A stretch of 54,451 nucleotides of DNA, counting the filler, from Sphacelaria rigidula (lineage: Eukaryota), in NCBI GenBank assembly GCA_964200075.2. It is 3 parts of 3 records of this genome, joined end to end, with 100 filler letters (N's around TTAATTAATTAA, not from the genome) between each part and the next. Parts side by side here need not be neighbours in the genome. Positions count along the whole stretch, not along the records: positions 36,373 to 54,451 come from CAXNAA020000924.1; 2 more parts are not named here. One strand, 5' to 3'. The translations under genes and the position numbers were made by a program. A model generated the notes under the pieces. It saw only the letters and a program-made list of their open reading frames with translations, did not search any database and had not been told where the DNA came from. Positions 36,511 to 48,899 of the stretch are shown in pieces (position 1 is the stretch's first letter; each line of letters begins with the position of its first letter).

Positions 36511-36716
36511 GAAATTCCAAAGGAACTTCTTCTAGAAGGTTTCGAAGAGGCGGTCAGGGGTCCCAAAAAGCCAAGTTTGGTAGGTGCTGACGAGGAAGGG
36601 TCAGGTGGCGGGAGCGGTGGCGTCGGGACAACGGCGGAGGAATCGAAGAAGAAAGTTACGGTGTCTTTGCTCGGGGCGAAGACTCTACAATACGCGATCG
36701 TGTTCAGCACTGTCAG
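36511..36716 (+). CDS. Formin FH2 domain exon (upstream exons are off the contig)
   Basis: GATAG| acceptor. EIPKELLLEGFEEAVRGPKK...KKKVTVSLLGAKTLQYAIVFSTV matches FH2 'LEELF...KKKVSLLDxKRxQNxAI'. Donor AG|GT at 36717, phase 2. Confidence 0.75.
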
Positions 36717-37994
36717 GTTCGCGTTTGGTTCTGATTTTGGTTCTGGTTTTGATTCGGTTCGACTCGGTTCCGTTCGGTTTTGTAACCACTTTCGTGGGTT
36801 TTGTTTGACTCAGACTTGATTTGTTTTTGGGCAGGGAGGGGCGGGGGGGGAGGGAGTCAAATGCACTGTATCTTGACCCATGCAGTTGGTTCAAGAAGAT
36901 AGCAGAAGAGAGAAAAGAAAATGACCAATTTTCCCATCATAGCAAGAGACGCCCTCATGTTAGTCAAGTGTACCAGTAGAAAAAGGAAAGCCCTACACCA
37001 ACTCTGATGCATTGTACTCTGCTAGCTAGGAAGGAAATAAGTACACAGCGCAAATCGAAGGTGGTCAGGGTGATGGTGGATCCGGATATTCTGGGGAGCG
37101 CATAGTTCGGGTACCCTTGGAATACCCGTTATTTTCGGCCGTCGATACCGGGAAAACTGGCAATACTTGAGAATGATCCTGGAAGGCAGCCGTGTCGTGG
37201 AACCTACGCTGTATACGGAACTCATCGGCGTGATTCAATCTTCCTCATCATGAGCGAATCGTTCACAGCGGACGTCGGTCAGCGGTCGCGCCTGATCGCG
37301 GAGAGCCACGGCATGCACCAAAGTGACGAGGTAGCTCATCGTAGGCGATATATCTACTGTTTGCAGCAATAGCGATGCTTCGAAGTGACTCCTTCGAACA
37401 AGAAGTGAGTCTTCCCCCCTCGTGCCCCCGTCCCCGAGGCACTCATGAGGCACTGCCTTAGCCGTGACTGTCTCGGGAAGTGGTGATACCGGAAAATGAA
37501 GCAACTCATCGGAGGCTGTCATCTATATGCAAGATGATCAGTACGTCTCGGGCCGAACAACCTTAGCAGGACGTAGCTCACCCGTCATGCGACTCGCCGA
37601 ACACACCGTGGCGCTTCCCGCTTGGCGATTGATTGCGAGTCTGCTCCGCCGTAAACCCGACTTGCTCCTTCACGGCTTTGTAGGGATGCGAGGTCAATGG
37701 TCATACGACTACGGCATGCAGGATCATGAGTGTCCCCGCCCCCATTCCTCCGTTCCCCCCATTCCCCCCATTCCCTGCCCCCGCCCCCCGTAATCATGGG
37801 GTCACTCCCTATGCAGTATATCAGGCACATACCGGAAGCTTGCTGTCACTTCCTGTGTCGAATTCAAGGTCCTCGGTTGTTTCTGGGGAAGAGCTTCCGG
37901 CCTCCGCCTCGTGAGCGCTTGCAGTGAAGTAAATGAAGTAGAAGTAAAAACTGTGACGACTTGTCTGGATCCATACCGTGATTCATGAGTCATG

Positions 37995-38220
37995 ATCACT
38001 TATCTGTGATCCGTGCTCCGTGATCCGCGATCTGTGAGAAAGCAAAAAGTTGCGTATACATGTCTAGATCAATACAGCGATCTACGATCCATTATCTGTT
38101 ATCCTTCTTCTGTGACTTGTGATGCGTATGTGTGACCCGTCATTTGTGATCCGTTATCTGTGATGTGTGATGTGTGATGTGTGATCTGCGATGTGTTACT
38201 TGTGATTCGATGTCTGCGAT
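37995..38220. repeat. Degenerate (TGTGA/TCTGTGA)n intronic low-complexity repeat
   Basis: Repeated TGTGA pentamers, seen directly. Confidence 0.75.
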
Positions 38221-38238
38221 ACGTGAAAAAAAAATTAG

Positions 38239-38392
38239 TGTGGCGCCAGAAACTGTTCGTGACGCGGTGATGTCCATGGACATGCAATTCCTGGACGCCG
38301 ACACGTTGGAGAAGCTGAGGAAGTTGGAGCCGCAGCCGGCGGAGCTGGTGGCCCTCAAGTCGTACAAGGGCGAGCTCGAAGACCTTGAGGAA
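38239..38392 (+). CDS. Formin FH2 domain exon
   Basis: VAPETVRDAVMSMDMQFLDADTLEKLRKLEPQPAELVALKSYKGELEDLEE. Phase-2 acceptor TTAG| fits the previous exon; donor GAA|GTGAG is phase 0. Confidence 0.85.
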
Positions 38393-38738
38393 GTGAGCTC
38401 GATTTTTTTTCCTCTTGCCTATTCCTTCTCTTTTCTTTTTGCCTTTTCTTTCCTTTTTGTTTGTTTAGTTTTCGTTGTTTTTCTCCCTCATTTTATTTAC
38501 TTTTTCTCTTTTTTTCGCCTTTTTTTGTCTTTTTTCTCTTTTTTTTCTGGCGTCATGTGAATGACTGAAAAAATATCGTTGCATCCGTGCGATTGCTACT
38601 TGGACGGATCTTTGTAAAATGGCTGTTGTAAAAACAAACGTCCCGTTTGTGGAACCAGGTTTGGTCACGTGTAATCGCTCCACTTTTACACTTTCCTGGG
38701 TGTCTTGGGGTCCCCCTCCCCCCCTCTCTTTCCAATAG

Positions 38739-38879
38739 GTGGAGCGTTTCATGGTGCTGGCGTCTCGGATACCGAACTACGAAACACGCCTCCGTTGCGC
38801 GTTCATCATGCAAACCTTCAATGGGGACGTCGAGTTCACCACCGCCCGGCTGCAAGTCGTCGAAGATGCTGTCCAGGAG
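38739..38879 (+). CDS. Formin FH2 domain exon
   Basis: Pyrimidine tract + ATAG|. VERFMVLASRIPNYETRLRCAFIMQTFNGDVEFTTARLQVVEDAVQE (cf. 'E.F...L..IP....RL.......F'). 141 nt, phase 0-0. Confidence 0.88.
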
Positions 38880-39138
38880 GTGCACACATGTTCAGTCTGA
38901 CCAACAGTGCCCAATGACGGTACAAAGAAGCCTGAGCGTTCATACCTTGATCCTTTGGTAAAATATAATATTATAGTTTCGACAACTGAACGTGCGTGCT
39001 CGAAGGTTCATATTCTTTGGCTACAGTGTTTGCTTTTTTTCGTCTATTTATTGTATGCTCCTTGGGTTATGGGTATCGGTGGTATGGCTACTTGCACTCT
39101 GTGACCACGGGTTCAAGAAATGGAGCTAACGTGACGGA

Positions 39139-39204
39139 TATAATAATAATATTAATAATAATATTAATAATAATAATATTAATATTAATAATAATAATAT
39201 TAAT

Positions 39205-39264
<60 letters not shown>
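39139..39264. repeat. (TAA)n microsatellite abutting the family B TIR
   Basis: Seen directly. Confidence 0.95.
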
Positions 39265-39265
<1 letters not shown>

Positions 39266-40366
39266 GAGAGTTTCGGAAAACGTTTTTTCAAATCTTAGAG
39301 TCAGAGTGGAAGGAAAAATAGCCGGTAACGGTGCACTTTCCGCTATGAAGGTTTTTTCAGAGCGATTTTTCAGAGTGAGAGTGCCGTTTGCATCACTTCA
39401 CTCTGACAACCGTTGTTCCTCTTCAGAGCCCATGGCGGAATGAAGAAGGACCACTCCCACCTTCACCGCCATGGTCACGTCCAGTCCAAAGTCAACACAC
39501 CCTAACAAGCAAAGTGGGACATTCATCATCCATCAAAACTGCCGTACTCACCACAATAGGCCATTCACGAAGTAGAAAAGCTTGGCATGGGAATCAGAAG
39601 ACCTCCCTGATGCCGCCATGGTATCAGCATTCGTCTGGTTGTGTTGCATGAATATTTAAATGCTCGACGGGCACACGTTGCCCTTGGGTCCAGTTCCTCA
39701 CTCTTGCCAGTCTCAGCTGTAAGAAGACGGTGTGAACGATTCGTAGTCTGCAACGCACAAGCAGTACTACACCTGGCTACATTTCCATTTCGTTAGAAGT
39801 CATGACTTCTTGCATCACACTTATGGATGGCATGTTGGGAAATCATCACGACGCGACCTTGTTTGTTGTTCGAAAGTACTGCCTACTGCCTACTACGGTA
39901 CTGTTGTGCTGCTGTATTATACAACTGACTGTACGGCATCGTTGTAGTTCACCGTACCGCGATGTACTGCTGTAGGGTTCTACATTGCACTCTCTATACT
40001 GCACTGGCTGTAGTCTACACTGCACAGCCCTACAGCACTACAGTACCCTGTGGTGCGCCGTGGTGGATTGAAGTACTACAGGTGCAACGAAGCGTGGTGT
40101 ACGGCACGTACGGTGCCGCAGGGTATGGTGCAGCAAATGCTGTCTTGACTGGGGCATTTTGGGACTGCACATGACTGCACGCTGGGCGATCGCACATTTA
40201 TTTGGCGGCACAACCTGCGGCCAATCACTGCGAGAAGAAAAAGTCCACATCAAGCCACGTCACGTCAGCTTCCGCGATGAACTTTTTAGCGTCCACTCTG
40301 AAGTTTCAACGCTTCCACTCGGCGCTCTGACTCTATGATCAAAAACAAAATCTTCCGAAACTCTCT
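39265..40366. mobile_element. Non-autonomous TIR element, family B (Harbinger/ISL2EU-like, tentative)
   Basis: AGAGAGTTTCGGAA...TAGAGTCAGAG pairs with CTCTGACTCTA...TTCCGAAACTCTCT. AAT flanks both sides. The left ~225 bp recurs at 46971-47195. Confidence 0.8.
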
Positions 40367-40369
40367 AAT

Positions 40370-42105
40370 AGCCATAATCTTTTACTACATTTCGCATTCC
40401 GGAAAAGCGGCATTCTGATCAAATAGCCGAACTTGAAACAAGCTGATACACGAACTGCAACAAGAGCTGGGTTCCAATAAACTCGCACGACACCGTTACG
40501 CCCGCAAGGTAATTCAGTGTCGGAACGAATCCACTCCACTATGCACGCAATATTAGCTATGCATATGTCGGCTGAAAACAAAAGTGGGCATCCATGCTTC
40601 CGTTGATTCAAATGGCGTACAACACATCTTATCACAATACAGTACAGGAGACACCGTATGTTTTATTGTTCGGAAGACAGCCCAGATAACCAATCGACAT
40701 CATCCTCGGCATACCAGAGGAAAGCCAAACTGCAACACCCGAAGAATTTTCTAAAGAAACACGGGAAAACCTACGGTTGGGATTTGAAATTGCGAGACAA
40801 GCTGTACGAGGAAGAGCGAACGAGCAAGAAAACGAAAGCAAATTGAAATCGTTCTGAGTGTTCAAACCCGGTCAGAAGGTATGCCTCCGACCATACCAGG
40901 ACTCAGAAGGATCGAACCCGGAACTCCAAGTACCATGGAGAGAACCTTGCATGATAACCGAGAGACGATCGCTGTTTGTGTATAAAATCAAAGTAGGCGA
41001 CGACTCTAAAGAAGTGTCGTATATCTCGCTTACTGCAGAAATATCACCCTAGCGAAACACCACCAGCACCAGTTTTCGATAAGTTGGGCGAGTTAATCCT
41101 AGGCAAAGAAATACTTCTACCGGAGAAAGATCAACCAGACGAAACGTTGCCTAAAATAGCGCTTCACGTGATGGAAAAGGTTGTGAGCCACGCTCCAAGA
41201 CCGGGTCGGAGAAGTCTTCATAACTATAGATATCGGTTGAGACTCAAAGGCTACGACCCAGCAGCAGATCTAACGTATCGAGCCGATCAAATACCACAAT
41301 GCAAACATCTCATCGATAAACACCGCCATGATAATGGGTCAGCCAAGTGCTCACGTCCGGACTTGAAATCCAAAGACAACGGGAAACGAAAACGGAAGTG
41401 ACAGTTCAACAGATTGCTCGAGCGTCCTAGCAAAACGGTCAAGGGTTGAGCAGTAGCCTGGGGTCACAATTCGGAGATCAATGAGAATTACACATGAAAT
41501 GACGTTAGAACAATGCAGACATGAACGGAATAACATCTGACATGTTAGCGGTGACAGGGGTACAACTTCCCAAGGAAGATAGTCTCTTCGCAATGGGGGT
41601 AGTCGCGGACAAGAAGCAAACAAGGGTCATTTCGACGATGTTTAGCCAAAAGAGCACACTGTTCACAACATAAAAAATGAACATGATACCCACCGCTTTG
41701 TTACTAAAGCGAGGACTTTGCCCTACTCCAGTGTCAGCGGAACCGAAGGCATCCCAGAACCCGGGCATAAATAACCCAGGCGCCCGCGGACGGATCAGTG
41801 CCCCAGCGCCCAGTCACGTATAAACAGCAGATACAACCAGCACCAAGGTGCAAAAAATACATGTCATGGAAAAATGACACCCTTACATGACACAAAATGA
41901 CAAGGAGCGAGCGTCATTTCGACGATGTTTCGCCAAAAGAACACAATGCTCACCTGACAAAAAAACATCATGCACACCGCTTTGTTACTGACGCGAGGAC
42001 TTTGTCCTGCTCCGGCGTCAGCGGAACCGAAGGCATCCCAGAACCCGGGCATAAATAACCCAGGCGCCCGTGGACCAGTCAGTGTCCCAGTGCCCAGTCA
42101 TGTAC
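40370..42105 (+). mobile_element. Ty3/Gypsy chromovirus relic: integrase C-half, GPY/F region, chromodomain, 3' noncoding region
   Basis: FRIPEKRHSDQ (~40392); PYVLLFGRQPR; FKPGQKV...LQVPWREPC; chromodomain MEKVVSH...YRYRLRLKGYDPAADLTY (41084-41401). Stops and frameshifts are present. Confidence 0.85.
41626..42103 (+). repeat. Two ~190-bp direct repeats (41626-41820 and 41913-42103)
   Basis: Both carry GTCATTTCGACGATGTTT...GTCAGCGGAACCGAAGGCATCCCAGAACCCGGGCATAAATAACCCAGGCGCCCG; the ORF track shows twin MPGFWDAFGSAD ORFs. Confidence 0.9.
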
Positions 42106-42887
42106 TTCCTCCGTGCCATAAGTAAAGGTCCGTATGGGCGTTTCATCGTTTGGGTATTTCAACGTTGATGATCATCCTATGCTTGGGTCCGTCAGAGAGG
42201 TGAGCGCAGACGAAGCCGATGAAGAAGAAACGAAAAAAAATGTATTTTCGTCACTAAAATTATGTCGAAATATACCCCATTCTGACCCTTTTTGATCCAT
42301 TAATACCCCATCATTAACCGATTTTGGGCGTTTTCACGTCGAGCACTAGCAATCAGATGCTAACAAAATATTGGATGAGGCGTGCGTAGTTAACACCACG
42401 GACAGGTCCAAAACCAATGGTGGTTTCGCGGTTTTCACATTTTCTAGCCCATTTTTAGTATTTTTCGTGTTCCTGGGTCTCTCATGCTTTCCGGGGAAAG
42501 CGAGCGAAGAATCGGCGTTTTTGGACCGACCGACTTTTTCTCGGCCGCGCGGCTGCATGGGTCAAGCACCCACATTGTAAAAAGAATGTTGGTTTTAGCT
42601 AATCTAAGAAAACGCCGAAGAATGTAATAAAAAGATCGAAAATCAAAATTTCACGCCGTGAAGGACCCACGCGTAAGAGAGGGTAACATGAACTACAGAC
42701 TAATCTGTGTATTGTATCAGCGGTGATGCAATACATAATATTACCAGTGGTCCATGCCAACAGTGTTGAACTCCATGCTCAACCCTGCACCTGCGGAGTT
42801 TCACCATGTATGTACTGGGACCCAAACTCAGTCTCGCAGGTGCAGATTTCTACCCGAAGTTAGGGCACTGACACCGAAAAATCGTCG

Positions 42888-44017
42888 ATGGAGACGAGAC
42901 ATGTGTGCGTAAGTGCCAGATTTGGCGTACTGGAGCTAGCGGCCGACGCGGGCTGGAAAGGCTGCACCCTCCTCACGAGGCCAAAACGCAAGGCGCGTAC
43001 CATTACCTATGCGCCAAGAAAAAATTGTAACAAGAAAAAGTTCGCGAGAAAGATTGGAAGGAGGAGCAGACCCGAAAAGAGCGTAAAACAAGGAGCAAGA
43101 CGTGTAGATATAGATAAGGCTGGGGCTAGGTCACGTGCAGGGAAACTCGAAGTGGCGACCGGCAACATCCGCATACTGTCCCTCACGGGAAAGAACGGAG
43201 CTGGTCATGCTGAGGTAGAGTCTGCAAAAGTGTTCAGCGGTGGATTGTGACGCCATCAGACTGCAGTAGACAAGGACGCCGGGTCGAACCGAGCTGATTG
43301 CCGCGGGGTACCGTGCCTTCTGCTGCGGAGCGGAAGGTGGCAAGAGGAGAGCTGGACAACATGAGGTCGGGTTGATGGTCAAGGAATCGATCACCAATAA
43401 GGCCTCATGTCGATAACTTTCATCTTCGCAGGTAAATCGAACGTCGTCACATTTGTAGCTACCTATGCTCGTACAGGCACATGAAAGCCAAGATAAGAGA
43501 GAGATACGTTTCGGACTAAGTTCGAGAACACTGTAAACAGGGCTACCAAGAATCACCACCTCTTTGTTTGATGGACGCTAACGCTAAGACCGGAGTAAGA
43601 ACCGGGGAGGAGGACAGTAAAATAGTGGGGGCATGCGACCGGGACTCCCGAGCCGACGACAGAAGCGGCACCTCTTTCCTACATTTTGCGGGTGTCAACA
43701 GGCTGGCCCTGGTCAACACGTTTCCCTCCACCCCCAAGCCGGCAAGTCGCGTACGTTCAACGGTATTGTGAGTCGTCCCAAGGACAAAAAACGTATTGAC
43801 TACATCCTCACACGGAGAGATCACCATAGGCTTGATCGCAATCTCCCCGTCGCCTATTGTATTATTACCCAACTCGCCCGACTCTCACCACACCATCGTG
43901 TGCGCACAAGTGCGGCTCCCTGGTCACTTCGTACGTACCAGACCTTGGCAAACCCCCACTGGGCGCAAACCAATCGACAAGCCGGCAATAGCATCAGACA
44001 CTGATATATGTGAGTAA
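42888..44017 (+). mobile_element. LINE (RTE-like) apurinic endonuclease domain relic, 3'-truncated
   Basis: APE motifs in order: VATGNIRILSL, LQ*TR, GQHEVGLMVK, MDANAKTG, LALVNTF, RIDYILT, DSHHTIV. Multiple frameshifts; no RT seen. Confidence 0.88.
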
Positions 44018-45399
44018 CCCACCCAGCTCAGTACAGCACAATACAGCGCAGAGTGCAGACAGTGCAGACACTTGAGTTGCACACCCCATGTATAACGAAG
44101 ACGCTGCAAGAAATTGCACAAAGTCGACACATTGGGAGGATACCTACACAGCATTCCTCTCGAGAGATCATGCTTTGTGCAGCTTTTTCTTGCAGGGCCA
44201 TGAACGCGGGAACAAGAACTCTACCAGAGTCTTATGGGTAGGTAGGGGACCTCGCGGCTTCTCGTGAGTGTCTCATCAGATTTCACCAAGTAGCTGTTGA
44301 GCGCGCCAACGTAATCAATTTATACATTCTTCCATGTATAGATTTTTCGAACAAACAGCGGCAGTCATCATCCAATTGAAAAAAGCCCCGATACAGCAGA
44401 GCGCGAGTACACAGTTGAACGCACGGAGTAAATACATGCGGCGGTACCGCGTTTCCCAAACATCAAGGGGGAGCATATCTCAGCGAAACAAATCATAACA
44501 TTTTTGGTTGAACAAAAACCCCATATGGTTCCATCCTGTCTGGCTGTGCTTACTAGTGTGCTGCTGTTGGCAAAACGTGATGCGCCGCAGTACTGTCTGC
44601 AGCTATGGTGTGCGCGCCTGCCCAGTGTCGGGATTGTTCTTGATAAGTGACAGCCAGAAAAAGGGACCATGTGTTTTCGAGTGACGATCATATCCGTTCT
44701 TCTCATATTTTCGATAACTTATCGCACATTGTTCTCTTCATCATCTCGGGTGGACGAAAATTCGGCAGGTGCTACGTTCCTTCACTATGCTCCTGTCATG
44801 CTATTTGCAACGGCGCGCCTGCAACAAATGCGCCGTGCTTGGTCGCACCATGGAAGGTGTAATTTAGAAATAGAAAGTGGCTTCAGAAAGGATGGGGATA
44901 TTTGTACATAGCGCATCATCTGCGTACCGTTGAAAGGGATTGCGCAGAATGGTGATATTACCAATCTGTGGAATAACAGACAACGCATGCATGCACAACT
45001 GTTGAATTCGGCAACATCTTGAAGCCGGATATATATATATATATATATATCAGTTATTTCGAAAGCAACATGGATACTCGGCGTTGGGGTAGCGCCAGGA
45101 TGCCGAGTCGCGGCAGCGAAGTGACTGGAGGCCCGATGCCAGGCGGGAAGGAGATACGAAGATACGTACACATGTGTCCATCCGATGTGCAATAAAAGCA
45201 GTAGGCAAAACGAGACTGTTCTGCGACATTCAGTCACAGCAAGTGCATTACGGAAGAGTAAAACAGTTCTCCACCACCTTTGCCGCTTTCTCTACCAGCT
45301 CTTGCACGACGACTGGTGAACGTGGGACACGGGCACAGAAATAGTAGAAACTGTAAACACGAGAACGAGCAGCTGAATGCCCAAGCCCGCGAGGAGCCT

Positions 45400-45640
45400 C
45401 CGTCGTAAAGAGGATAGAGGCCGCTCTCAGAGGATGGAGGCCTCACTACATGGTTGACAACCGGCAAGGGAATGCCGCTACGCCAATTCGCTCGGTGCTT
45501 CGCGATCATCCCGGCTACGTCAGCTTCATCGGAGACGCTCCTTTCAAAGACCGGTTTGATGGCAACAAAGAGGGGGTCACGACTGAAGGGACAAACAATA
45601 GCCCAAAAAATGAGAGTGCATGTCGCGATCACTTTCAGTC
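45400..45640 (+). mobile_element. hAT transposase C-terminal dimerisation domain relic
   Basis: PLRQFARCFAIIPATSASSETLLSKTGLMATKRGSRL matches the hAT consensus 'IPATSASSERxFSxAGxxxTxxRxRL'. Confidence 0.8.
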
Positions 45641-46037
45641 TCGCAGATTACTACACTTCACTTTGCTGAACGGGGGTGGGTTCCCCCATAGTTTTCAGCA
45701 TTTGTCTTCACTTCACTCTCGGAGAACGAACGAAACGTGTTTCGCTTACATGCCATGATTTGGCTGCGTTACCTGCTGCCCTTTACATTGGCAGCAAGCT
45801 CAGTGATCTCAAATATTGCGGCGTACTGTGCCATGCCGTGTTGCTGTTCGTTCTTCTGCTTGGTTGTGCTAGTGCAACTGGCCGATAAAACGACGTTGCC
45901 CGGCCGCGCTGCTTTTCTCTTGTTTTGCTCTGGATGTGGGAGTGTCGGATGTCAACATCGTACTTTGTCATAGGGTTTATATTGTAGTGTGTGTTTGTGT
46001 GTGTTTGTGTGTGTTTGTGTGTGTATCATCCCATCTA

Positions 46038-46728
46038 CAGTGCCGGCCCGCACTTAAGAACCTCCTATTTTGAGCGAGGCTCAGTTCTTGTTGGCTGCCC
46101 CAACCCTAGCACCAGTTCTTATTTGCCAAGTTCTTGTTTCGTCGTCCAGTTTTCCTCCAGAAATGCGGTTTTTGTTCTTATTTCAACACCGATTGCTCTA
46201 TTATTGGTTTGTTTATCATATGACGACGTACTTTGGTGGCTCTCAACTGCACTCGGCGGAGTGTTTAACATGAGGAACACTGCTGTTTTTGTTTGGTACA
46301 AGAAAGCGCCAAGGCATGGAGGAACTGCTGTCAACCTTCTTGGTCCACAAGGGTGACGTTGGGGGTGCGTACCCTTCCCGCTCTACTAACGCTCTCAAGC
46401 AAAACCCAGGAGCCCACCGCCGCATCCGTATCTCCGCTGTTCTTGTCTAAGGGCAGCTTCATCTTGCGCGTACTCTGGTCTAGCTCCAGCTGGACACAGT
46501 AGTCGTACAGGTGGCGAGTGTGCTGTGGAGATTGCTGAAGGATCAACCCTTCAAACCACCCCATGCCCAGCCTAACATTACTCTTGTTCTTATCTGTAGC
46601 ATCAGTGGTACACCTCAAGTCTGTGTTCTTGTTCTTAAGCACGTGTTCTAAGGGGCAAATTCTTGAGTTTTGATTTTTTTGAGCCTCAAATTCTTAACTG
46701 CCATATTCTCAAGTGCGGGCCGGCACTG
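46038..46728. mobile_element. Tc1/mariner (pogo/Stowaway-like) MITE, 691 bp, TA TSD
   Basis: TA|CAGTGCCGGCCCGCACTTAAGAA ... TTCTCAAGTGCGGGCCGGCACTG|TA. Inserted within the SINE/LINE-tail-like repeat. Confidence 0.9.
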
Positions 46729-46970
46729 TATTCTCGACGCCGGTCTACACCTTTCGGTATATGTGGGCGCACCAGCCGCGGTCATACAGGAGAAAGGCCA
46801 ACACAGGAGTTTTTTCTTCTTTGCTTGTTTTAGTTGTCCACCTTTCTTATGCGGTGCTTGCCTTTATTTTTTATCGCGAGAGGGGTTCACCAGTCCCTTT
46901 CCCTCGTCGACAATGAAGTCGAATTTTGTGTACCTACGGCATGTTCGTTTTCCACTGTTGGGCATTGGAT

Positions 46971-47438
46971 AGTTTCGGAAAACGTTTTTTCAAATCTTGG
47001 AATCAGAGTGGAAGGGAAAATAGTCGGTAACGGTGCACTTTCCGCTATGAAGTTTTTTTCGGGAGCGATTTTTTCAGAGTGAGAGTCCCGTTTGCACCAC
47101 TTCACTCTGAAAACAACCGTTGTTCCTCCTCGGAATTCATAGCGGAATGAAAAAGAACCACGCCCATCATCATCACCACGGTCACGTCCAGTCCACAGAA
47201 TTTTTCAGAGGTTTCGGACTCCGCGGTCAGACTTCTGCGAGAATGAAGCGGCTTGATTTTTTTTCCGAAGCTTCATTTTTGGAGACGTCCGAAAAAGTCG
47301 GACCGCAAAGCAGCCCTTTGGAGAGCTGCCCTGCGAATACACTGCAGCGCTCGCAAGCATTCGAGAATCATCAGGTACCTCGGCAGTCCTTACAATATCG
47401 GGGATCTTCGAAAAAACAGCGTCGATAATAATGGACCT
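46971..47438. mobile_element. Chimera: family B left end (46971-47195) fused to family A interior and right end (47197-47438)
   Basis: The first part aligns with 39269-39487 and the second with 8048-8302. Confidence 0.8.
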
Positions 47439-48268
47439 ATAAGAGCAGCGTATTCCATTTTTGAAAATAACGCCTCGGTACAAAAGCACCAGATCCTGTT
47501 TTTGCAAGACGATACCGACCGCTGCTCTATTGGGATATGGATAGCGACGGTGTTGAAGCCAACGACAATCGAGAATATCCAACTCACCGTAAGTAGTAAT
47601 CGAGACGGGGTTGGTCCCTGCGCCCTCCCTCAGAATATTGAGCTCCGGGTATTACTTCCCTAGAAGTTGCTGCGAAATGACCATTCATGCGGTGAGAGGG
47701 CGGCAAGTTTGGCCACAAGACAAGCGGACGGGCAGACAAGATCGGGCGTTCTGTACCCTGGGATACACTACGTGACCAATCTCTGCAGCCAGTGCACTGA
47801 AGTACATAATCGCACTTCACCACTATACATGACACTTTATACTGCGTTATGGTCTGTATGGTCTGTACCCCCACCACAGTACAGTACGGTGGTCAACATA
47901 CTGTACTGCACATCCCAGTGTGACTGTTGTGTGAAGACTTGAAAAATTCGATGACTGCACTCTTGAGCTACTCTGAATGACGTAGCAACAGCACAATCTG
48001 CTCTCGAAGATTCCGAGATAGGTTGGTTCGTCACGCCATTTCTTCCTCGAACTCTCAAAACCAAACTCTCTCGCGACATCACATCATCAGACAGCGTGTT
48101 GGATTCGCTGTAGAAGATGACGAAAACGACTCGTCACCTGGTCGATCTAAACTTGCAGAAGCAAAAATGAACACTAAAAAAAAGTAAGAAACTCCTTACG
48201 CGTCCCGCGCCGTTTTACGTTATACAACAAATACTCATGATCCCTGGAGAATCCTACAGGACACGAAC

Positions 48269-48550
48269 ATGAAAGCGACAGTTGTAGTAGTGGCAGCCTC
48301 AATAGCACCTGCCTGTTCATTTTCGATCCTGCCTGCGTCTACACTTACTGTGAAAAGGTGGGATAGAGATGTAACCGTTGCAAGGAGTCTCACATCTCCC
48401 ACAACGAGGCGATGCGCAACGCTTGCACCCCACAGCGCGCCACCGGGTGATTGGGATGCGACTTTTTTCTCTCCGTCCAAGATCAACTTGTTTCTGCGTG
48501 TTATTGGAAAGCGTCCTGATGGCTTCCACGACCTTGCATCGTTATTTCAG
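48269..48550 (+). CDS. ispE: 4-diphosphocytidyl-2-C-methyl-D-erythritol kinase, exon 1, with bipartite plastid leader
   Basis: Signal peptide MKATVVVVAASIAPACS-F (ASAFAP-like), then a Ser/Thr/Arg transit peptide, then FSPSKINLFLRVIGKRPDGFHDLASLFQ (IspE N-terminal signature). Donor CAG|GT at 48551, phase 0. Confidence 0.93.
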
Positions 48551-48899
48551 GTGCTGATGATAAATGTAGACAATGGATGTAGAATGTATCACTCCAGGAT
48601 ATCTTCGCCTGGTGGCTCCGTCGGTCTTGGCAGCAAGCTACCTTGAGACGGTTGTGGGGTGCAGGGCAGTCTGTGCTGCTCGGCGCTGCAATGCGACTAC
48701 CCCTCTTGGTATCGTACAGTAAGTAGGCCGTGCTCTGGAAGACCACTGTGTCCCTGTCGATGCGTTGTATGTGAGTATTTCCTGAGTGGTGAGAGTTTGG
48801 TATGCCATGCTCCTGCTTTCGAACATACTGTACTGTAAAAGGCAGTACTACCGTATTGTACTGAAGATATACTAAACGATCGCAGTTTACAGTACCATA

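Noticed and set aside
17122-38879. One long gene joining exons 17122-18004 to the formin exons (TIR-formin fusion), with complementary intron ends
   Set aside because: The pieces lie on different size-sorted contigs. The complementary ends are copies of a dispersed repeat, and the FH1 and FH2 lasso exons would be missing.
47500-47760. Possible exons on either strand upstream of ispE
   Set aside because: Donor-like sites exist on both strands, but there is no recognisable peptide and it is not formin-like.
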